Assembly (NCBI GenBank): GCA_964016885.1
Contig: OZ024745.1
Coordinates: 133,734,001 to 133,798,000 of the forward strand
Reading direction: 5' to 3'
Length of the DNA stretch: 64,000 nucleotides
DNA from: Eledone cirrhosa
Lineage: Eukaryota
In this document: positions 55,629 to 64,000 of the stretch, one piece after another
How the letters are laid out: each line of letters opens with the position of its first letter
How positions within the stretch are numbered: the first letter of the stretch is position 1
The notes under the pieces: model-generated
The model's database searches: none
What the model was told of the DNA's origin: nothing
The model's input: only the letters and a program-made list of their open reading frames with translations
Program-made: the position numbers and the translations under genes

Positions 55629-55749
55629 GTATGAATGCATTTATCAATGTATATTTATATGTACATTTGTATTGCTTAAATGTGCCTCTAATATTTCACA
55701 TACATATACACACCCACACACACACACAAACACACACACACATACACAC

Positions 55750-55832
<83 letters not shown>

Positions 55833-56877
55833 CATACATATAGCTAATGAGACAGGAGCGTACATTATAATAGTGGCTTTTAAACTCTTGATCTTTGTAT
55901 TTACCTGTCAAGAGCAATAATAGTTTTGATATGACGACCTTAATATCAACTGGAAATAAGAAATATTGCTTCAAGCTGATATTTAACTCTTCCTCTTTTG
56001 AAATTTCGATTAATAATTCTGAAGATCTCAACCGGAAATTAAACGGTTCGTTCGACCGAAGCAGATTTCAAAGCCAGCCTTTTAAGTAACACAGCATTGC
56101 CGTCTTAACCTTAACCTTAATAACAGGGTTAATCTCTTGTGTTCGTTACCGGTTCTCGTAAATCCAAAACCATTTGTATTTGTAAATGCTTTTGGATGCT
56201 TGAATAGTTATTGGTGAGAATCAAATGAGAGTCACTTTAGCACCCTTACCTTTTTCCTAAGCGTTGTTAATAGCAAATAACATGATGATTAATACTGATC
56301 GGTGACCTGTTGTTCATTCAAGTGGGAAATGGCAATTTCTTCCGTAAACACAATTTGTAACGAAGATTATTTAAAGAGTGATTATTAAAGGTAGATTGCA
56401 ATAAATACGATGTATGGCATTCGTGGAATTCTAAGAGATATATTTATTTTCTCTTCTTCACACTAACAATACTAACAATATTGACCAATTCTAAACGGTT
56501 CGTATCCTTTCAATTCTTGCTTAATTCAAAGTCGCAAATATAACGATAAATCATTGACTGAAATTTAGTACACTTATTTTTCAATACTACGGCATAAATG
56601 TAGAGTAATTTATAAACGAAATGAATGCCTAATAACTGTCCTTCGTTATCCCATATCTGTAAAAGATTGGCTATCAATTGGAATCTCGTGGAATCTGTTT
56701 CTTAGCAACAATGCACCTCTGGTTAGCAGTTTATAAGTTGTTCAAGATGAAAACAGTTGAAGATGTCTCTATAAAAAAAAAGGATCGATCGACTTTCGTT
56801 AAATCAGACCGAGGAAACAATGTTTCAGTTGGTCTTTCCAGTTGCTAGTACTATCTATCGGTCGCAACTCCATGTAG

Positions 56878-56990
56878 GGGAGCAACGTGAAATAAAGTGT
56901 CTTGCTCAAGGACATAACGCATCGCCCGGTCCAGGAATCGAACTCACAACCTCAAGATTGTGAATCCAATTCTCTAACCACTCAGCCACA
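56878..56990 (-). mobile_element. tRNA-derived SINE with CORE-like segment
   Basis: Minus: GTGGCTGAGTGGTTAG (A box), GAGTTCGATTCC (B box), TGTCCTTGAGCAAGACACTTTA. Confidence 0.8.
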
Positions 56991-57405
56991 GGTCTCTATA
57001 TAAGTACATTGGAAATCGAGCCAAAATGTTATTAGTTCGTCTTCATCAAACTTTTCGTGGTTATATTTAAGAATAACAGATTACCTCCCCTCTCTAAACA
57101 ATTTAGTGTTATCTGTGGAGACTTCCACCAACTACTAACACAGAAAACACTTAATCCTATCAAAGACAGGTTTAACCCATTTTTAGAATCCACTTAGTTG
57201 TTTTATTAAGTGCCCATATATATTAGCTCAGAATATCTCTCCTCGGTATTCCTTTCAATTCACATCTTTGGATCTGATTCATCTATAACGAGCTCATGAG
57301 ATTTGTTACAACAAAGAAAATTGAAAGTATCTCATTTGTTTTAGTAAAGAGAAACATTACTCAGCTAAAGTGAGTATCTGACTGATAAAATGACAAGTCA
57401 GTCAA

Positions 57406-57720
57406 TCATGTCGGTGGCCTCCCCACAACTCCGGCGGAGAGAATGGAGAAGGCGTTTCCCCGGAAGACGGCAAGGGAGACGCGCTGGAGAAGCCATTTCA
57501 GCTCGTGGGGCTCACACCTGCGGCTGGCCAGCTCAGCGCCTATGGTGGGGAGTAGGGATGTAGCCCTAGGACCGAGGACACCAGAAGTCTCTACTGCCAA
57601 TGGTACAACCGGAAACCTGTCGGAGAGCGACCGGTATTTGAAGAGTTTGGCCTCCTCAGCCCGACGTGCAGCAGAACCTGGGTTAGTCGCAGACTGCACC
57701 AGGTTGCGGCTGGAGACAGA
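57406..57720 (-). pseudogene. RLE-type non-LTR element C-terminus (CRE-like)
   Basis: AA..AE..K..KY......P.AVET.G.LG ... LLQRVSLAVFRGNA; GC-rich island. Confidence 0.75.
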
Positions 57721-58396
57721 TATATCTACCTTTTTGAAGGATCACTCAACGATCAATATTGTGTGCTCTACAATCTTTCTCAGCTCTCAAAATTTCAGCA
57801 AGGCCTTCTAGCTTATCAAGTGGGTTTATAATTTTCTAACATCCAATTTCTCGATAAAGATGAGTCTTGATGTCGCAAACACAAAGCCATCCCAATTGCT
57901 TTCTCTTTTACGTCCAGCTCTTGGCTGCTTACACACGATATAGCTCATCATGAATTTTAACCTCTCATAACCAACGTACCAAAATATTTCTGAGCGTTTC
58001 AAACTAGATGAGCGACCAGAACGGACAGTTTACTCTACAAATAGCTCAAACAATATATCCCACAGCTAATTCATATAATAGGGAAACTAACTACATTTCC
58101 CGCCCTTTGGCTGCAGCATTTAATACGATATTCAATTACGGCAAACACTTGTACAAAAACACGCTACAAACACTGAAACACCGAAGCGAAGTTTCTCATT
58201 TCTGTTTATTATAATTCCTATGAAATAACAAAACAGAATTCCAATTTGGGAAATTTGCCTCACTTTTAATCGTTCTTGCTGTAAATCTCGTAGATCCCCT
58301 ACTAAACATTTTACATAATCATTACTCGCCTGTCATTACTCACCTGTCATTATTCACTTGTCAAACCAATTTCTACAGAATATCAAGTTAAACATT

Positions 58397-58600
58397 GGTT
58401 GATTGGCAGTATCGGTAGAAGGTCGGACGCCATGCTTTGCAGCATAGAGTTACGGAGTTCAAATCCCGCCGAGGTTAACTTTGCCTTTCATCTTTACGGG
58501 GTCGATAAAATAACGTACCAGTTACGCACTGGGGTAGATTTAATCGACTTTCACTTCCCCCAAAATTGCTGGCCTTGTGCCTAAATCAGAAACCATTATT
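58397..58600 (+). mobile_element. SINE S1
   Basis: Matches S1 head, body and long-tail variant. Confidence 0.9.
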
Positions 58601-59884
58601 ATTAGTGGAGGGTAAAGTAACGTCGTGAATGTCTCATTTGACTAACATTTTAAAAACTCACTTGAGCCATATCCAGGCATTTGTCGGCTTTCTGTGTGTC
58701 TGTATATAGTTCAAAATAGAGATAGAATCACAAAGGATAGATACAGAAAATAAAAGGTAGTCCGTTGTAAAAATAACGAAAATTTCAAATGCAGGAAAAA
58801 AAAAAACTTATAGACGGTAAAAAGTGGTCCTTCAAATAGTTACGGGGTTTGCTTCTAAATCGTTAGGTTCTTGGTGCGGTACCCTTGCATGGCATCATTT
58901 ACCGAATCGACCTATGGCTTGTGAGTGAGCTTGAGGAGTGGGAATCTGTTTGGAGTTCGTCAGATGGACTGTACCTCTAATTCAAAAAGACGGCCTTATC
59001 ACACACTCATCGCCCAACAGTTTAATTTAATGATCAGGCTATTTGCTTGGCCGAACAACTAGACGGTTGTCCATTCCATATAGTGGTTATTTGAGAAAAT
59101 CTTATATATTAAAATTCTAAATAATGTTGCATGTCCTTCAGTCTCACTAAAACAAAAACGCAAATAAAGCCCTATTAACTGTTTGTTTTAAATATATTTG
59201 TTTGAATTATTTTCAATATTTTGGAATAATCACTTATAATAGCCATTATTAAAATTCTGCTTGAAGAAGCAATACAAATGTTAAACTTTATTAAATGCAA
59301 TGTTATTTTCTCTCAAATAAGATTCATTTGGCGATAAATTACTTGTATGACTTACAGTGTTCTGAGACCGAGTTTTAGTTGAAGATTCCTTAAAAGAAAC
59401 GTTTTTTTCTGATCTTATCATAGTCAGATATCTCACACTGAAGAATCTTTGAAAAGACGTGAATGTGTCTTTAAAAAATGTTGACTTCAAAAACGAAAAT
59501 TCTGGTTACTAGCTCGAATGATAAAGAAAAAAAATAGTTTAAATGTCTGTAGGTTAATAGTAAAATGTTACAAACGTGAAAACTTAGACTCTTTTCGATT
59601 ACGATATTTGTTATTTGTGAGAAAATAGACATGTGTTAGGGTGCTAAACTATGTTTTGCTACATTACGTTACGTCCCTTTATGTACTCTTGGGTCCCAAA
59701 TATTAGGGTTCGTTGGAGAGCTGGGGGGTGGAAAAAATATGAAACATTAATAAGCGGACGGGGGACGCGCAACTATCCGAGACCCGACAGTACTATTTTA
59801 TTTCAATGCCCACTGGGATCAACTTTGCAATGTTTCCATAAGTGCTATTGTGCTTAATTTAAAAGATGTTGTAAGTATATTAAT

Positions 59885-60330
59885 CTTCCATAGTAAAAAG
59901 AAAAAAATATCAAGACATTTGTGTAAATGATTTAAAGACATTTGTGTTAGTGTTGTGTAGTAGCAACTGAGCCCTAATTCAGGGGATCTATAATTAAAGA
60001 CATTTCAGAGCATATATCGCCTTTGTGTATCTAGCTTTACTTTGTCCAATCTGTTTCATCTTTTTTCAAGATGAGTAGTTATATGTCAGACCTAACTGAT
60101 CAATAGTGGCTGCCATGTTGATCAAATATATCAGAATACATAAGGTATATTTTCATTTACTTTCCTTTCAAATATGATGCTATTTGTGTCTTGCTCAGAA
60201 TGTGACTGTGGGGACCCTGACAGTGCTAAATGTTGTTCAGGATTACCCCCTCGTTTTCCAGGCGGTCTGGAGGCAATCTAAAATACTACGACGCCCAGTC
60301 TAGCTCACTAATCTCAATCTGCCTCTCTAA
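59885..60330 (+). repeat. Unclassified dispersed repeat, copy 2
   Basis: Colinear with 13795-14240. Confidence 0.85.
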
Positions 60331-60444
60331 CAATTGTGCATAATTCATACAAGAATATTTGTGTCTTAATTTTCATAGTATGTTGCAACCAGGACGATAT
60401 ACAAGAACAGCTGACAAATATATTTCATTATTTCAAGTATTTCA

Positions 60445-60830
60445 TCACCATCAATACCTTGGCTTCTGTAGTCGCCGGAGGGATCCTATTCCAGAAGCAG
60501 CACACACTATAAATAGTTATCAACAGCGGCCGTCAACAAATCAGGTGTAGTCATGTGTGTCCATTATTTGACATTGTCCAACCAGTTTTTGTGTTGGGGT
60601 CCCCTCTTGCTACCACCTTGAACGGTGCCTTGCATGGTGGTCACACACAGGATGTCATGTCATGTGACATGGCCAAACCATGCCACTTTCTTCCTCTTGA
60701 CAGTGGTAAGGAGAGGTTCCTGGTGACCCACAAAACTTTTGACCTTTCTCCGCACGTATCCATTGGCTTTACATTCCCAACAGGAAACAGGAAGGGGTTT
60801 TCTCATGCATTTTTCCTCAGATCCCCGGAA
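60445..60830 (-). pseudogene. RTE-like LINE 3' fragment
   Basis: Minus strand RKVAWFGHVT...QGTVQGGSKRG...NWLDNVK. Confidence 0.7.
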
Positions 60831-63344
60831 TAATACGAGTAGTTTCTGTTAATTCCTGAAGATGACTCTGCTAATGAACTTATTTGCCGTTCGGACACAG
60901 ATGATAAATTTCTAATTCCAGCAGGTCAAATGTGCCTTACTTCCTTTCGATGTCGACAAAATCATGTGCCAGTCTATTACTGGGGTCCATTCCTCCTCTA
61001 TATCCCTTTCTCAATTCCTCTTTCTTACTTAGGTCTAGAGTGGGATGGGATCCGGTGTGAAATGGGGTCCACCTGTCTTAAAATGCACAAGGAACTCCAT
61101 CGGGAATTATGGGACCATATTAACCAGGATCTGTTTATATGTAGCTCCTAGAAGTTGCCAGCACGTCTGCTTTAAATCACACAGCGACGTACTAAAACAA
61201 TCAACGATATATTCTTTAACATATTCTTATATACACAGTCTGAAAATATGAATAAAGGTTTATTACTGGAATACAAATAATGTATATTATTTGGGTTATG
61301 ATTCTCTTTTATGTATTTATGTAAATAAATGTAACATTCCAATTTTTATTATTGAAAATGCTTTTTTGTTCCATTACTTTACTTCAACGATTTTGTCAAT
61401 TTTGGTTTCACGGTGCCTCATTTGCATACGAAAATATGTATCTTTGATTCGAAACAGTATTGACAGATTGTGAGGTGATGTAAGTACTGGAGGTTGTGAT
61501 TTGCGATAATACGATATTATATGGCCTGATAACTTTTGCAAGAAGTCGTATGAAAACAACACGAACTCATAACTCATTGACATAATTATCCTATAATAAT
61601 GGTTTCTGATTTAGGTACATCGCCAACAATTTTTTGGGAAAGTCAATTAAAGTGACCCCAGAACAAAATGTAAGGGGGTATTCGAGTCTACGAGTTTGGA
61701 CAAATAAGACAAACAATTTTGGTCGACGCATTAATGATTCTGCTAACCTTCCTCATACTATTCCCAGTATAATAATGTACAAACATCTTGGGTAACATAG
61801 CGTCTCCTCGGAATTCTTATAAATATTTCTTCTAGAAATGTAACTCTGATTTTGATTTGCTGTTGTATATATGTTGTGTTATATATTGTTTGCAAATGAT
61901 TAAAATATATTCATTACTTTAATTATTCTTATGTGTTTTCTATTTTATTTTAATTACTCTGAGTGTTTTCTATATCATTTGTGATGTCACACTGAAAGAG
62001 GTCACAAATGAATGGTCATGAATCAGTAACGTTCAATATGATATATAAAGTTCTTATAATGAACTTCATTAATTCTTTTTCTAAGAAATTTACATAAACA
62101 AACATTTGTGAAAGAGAGTAATCAAAGAGCGAAAATTAGAAAGAAGAATGAAAGAAAAGAGAAGAAGAAATTACAAGAAAGTTACTCCAGTGTAAAAGGT
62201 TATTCAGAGTTGATGAACTACAGGTACAACCATTGTGAAATTCTGTGGAAATACACAATATTAATTCACATTTATCATTTGATTTGTTGACAGCGGAAAT
62301 TCGGAAGAAAAACCGTCCAAATAAAATTATTTTATTGAAGAGAATGACTGCATTGTTTGCTTCTTAAGGCTGACAACAATTCCACTAGATTACTGATTTT
62401 TAATTTATATATACAGAGATGTTTTCTTATAAGGTGATGTCACTGTTGGTGCCCACTTTGATTTTGACGCTTATCATGTTCGACAGAATAATTATATGTT
62501 GTATAAGGTAATTCATTCTATCGACACAAAATAATCTTGATCTCTTCGAAAGAAAGGTTATCACTATATATAAAGGAGACGTTAGGAATCAATATATATG
62601 CAAGACTACATACCTTGTAGATTTTACATTTGTGTTTTAATTTTAAATCACGTCAGAGTTGAATCTATCTTCCATAATTTCTGAGGGGAATAAAATTAGT
62701 ACCGATTATGTACGGGGTTTACTGTTATCGAAAATAAACCATTCCCTCGAAATGTTTTGTCCCTTGAATAAAGGTATGAAAATATAGGTAGAGTATTGAG
62801 GCGTTCGGCTCTTTACAGGTACACAAACCGATTTAACTCTCATTACGAACTGATATATTTAATCCACATTACTATATTTTGAAATGTTCCAAATAACAAA
62901 AACAAAATGTTCTAAAATAACAAAAATATGGGCCATTCATATAGATAGCGTTATGGATACAACATTATTAATTCTTTTCATAAAAGACATATAATCAAGG
63001 AGAACATTAGAATATTACTTACATAACAGATATGTATTTATACCGCCATATTGGAGATGAGTTATATCTTCCTCCATCCCTCTCACCGTTGACATATCTA
63101 ACAGACAGAGCTCAATACTTTTGTATCTTCAAACAATAAAGGCATACATATCACTCGAACGATCTGTTTATCCACTTAACTATCTACCTGTCGTAGAGGC
63201 GCCATCGTGACGTATGGCGTTTCCTCGGCACTTTGTAAACATGGTGGAGCCCATCTGCTATCCAGGTCTGAAAACAGTAGAATCTTTCCAGAGGAGGATA
63301 GAGAGAGTGAGAAAAGGGAAGTGAGAAAGAGATATAGAGGAAGA

Positions 63345-63495
63345 ATCGACGCCAGTACTTGACTGCTACTTTTTTTATTGAACTTAATTGGAAGAAACGG
63401 AAAGTTGACCTCAGCGGGATTCGATCGCAGGGAGTGGGAACGATTACTGCAGAGCATTCTAACCGACGTTCTAACAACTCAGCCAATTCGGCGCC
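63345..63495 (-). mobile_element. Degenerate SINE S1
   Basis: aaagttgacctcagcgggattcga..cattctaaccgacgttctaac. Confidence 0.65.
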
Positions 63496-63537
63496 TTTCT
63501 ACCTTTCTACCTACCTGCTTATATTTAAATTTAGCAA

Positions 63538-63860
63538 CCTCTCTCTCTCTCTATCTATCGCTCTATCTATCTGTCTATCGGTCTATCTATCTGTCTATCG
63601 CTCTATCTATCTGTCTATCGGTCTATCTATCTGTCTATCTATATATATATAGTTCTATCTGTCTGTATTGATATCAGGTCTGTCGATTTACCTATCTTTC
63701 CAAATTTCCATCTATCTATTTATTTATCTATATTTCTATATCTCTGCCTATTTACACATCTCTCTATCTAACGTAACGGTCTATCTATATATGTGTCTAT
63801 CTACCTACGAAGATGGGTGTCTACCTACTTGTTTATCTGTCTGTTTGGCCTTCTATTTCT
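63538..63860. repeat. Degenerate (TCTA)n low-complexity tract
   Basis: Direct inspection. Confidence 0.8.
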
Positions 63861-64000
63861 AAATATCTATTGAAAAGCAACAACACACCACGACCACAAT
63901 AGCAGGCCGAATATAGAGAGGTAGACAACTCAACTTAAATTCATGGATATATGTTTGATAACGGTTACAGAAAATAAGTAAGAGAATTATTTTGATTGAT

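Noticed and set aside
58845-58965. Possible third SINE family remnant
   Set aside because: Too diverged, with no second copy in the window to confirm
61020-61151. Possible exon after a polypyrimidine/AG acceptor
   Set aside because: No recognisable protein, no partner exons and no expression evidence

Overview
AT-rich, microsatellite-laden eukaryotic DNA that reads as intergenic or intronic. The SINE and repeat content resembles an octopod cephalopod genome (inference). I cannot support any intact host protein-coding gene, and most ORF-track entries are translations of (TA)n/(CA)n/(CATA)n. The window is a patchwork of retroelement debris: about 12 copies of a tRNA-derived SINE (three with clear 16-21 bp TSDs), Tx1/L1, RTE, R4-like, CR1-like and CRE-like LINE fragments, a mariner MITE, three large minisatellites and a Penelope-like element (PLE) RT + GIY-YIG remnant. 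The main signal is about 14 type I hammerhead ribozyme (HHR) motifs from several unrelated short element families, sitting in or next to (TA)n. They show compensatory base changes, palindromic (dimer-type) stem III, a recurrent U-U opposition closing stem II and one recurrent U4A core variant. Many of these elements are fold-back hairpins whose turn lies in or just upstream of HHR stem II. HHRs in PLEs are established knowledge; the variants, the fold-back geometry, a conserved structured RNA module and a tRNA-like cargo are the parts worth testing. All structures were folded by eye and no activity is shown.
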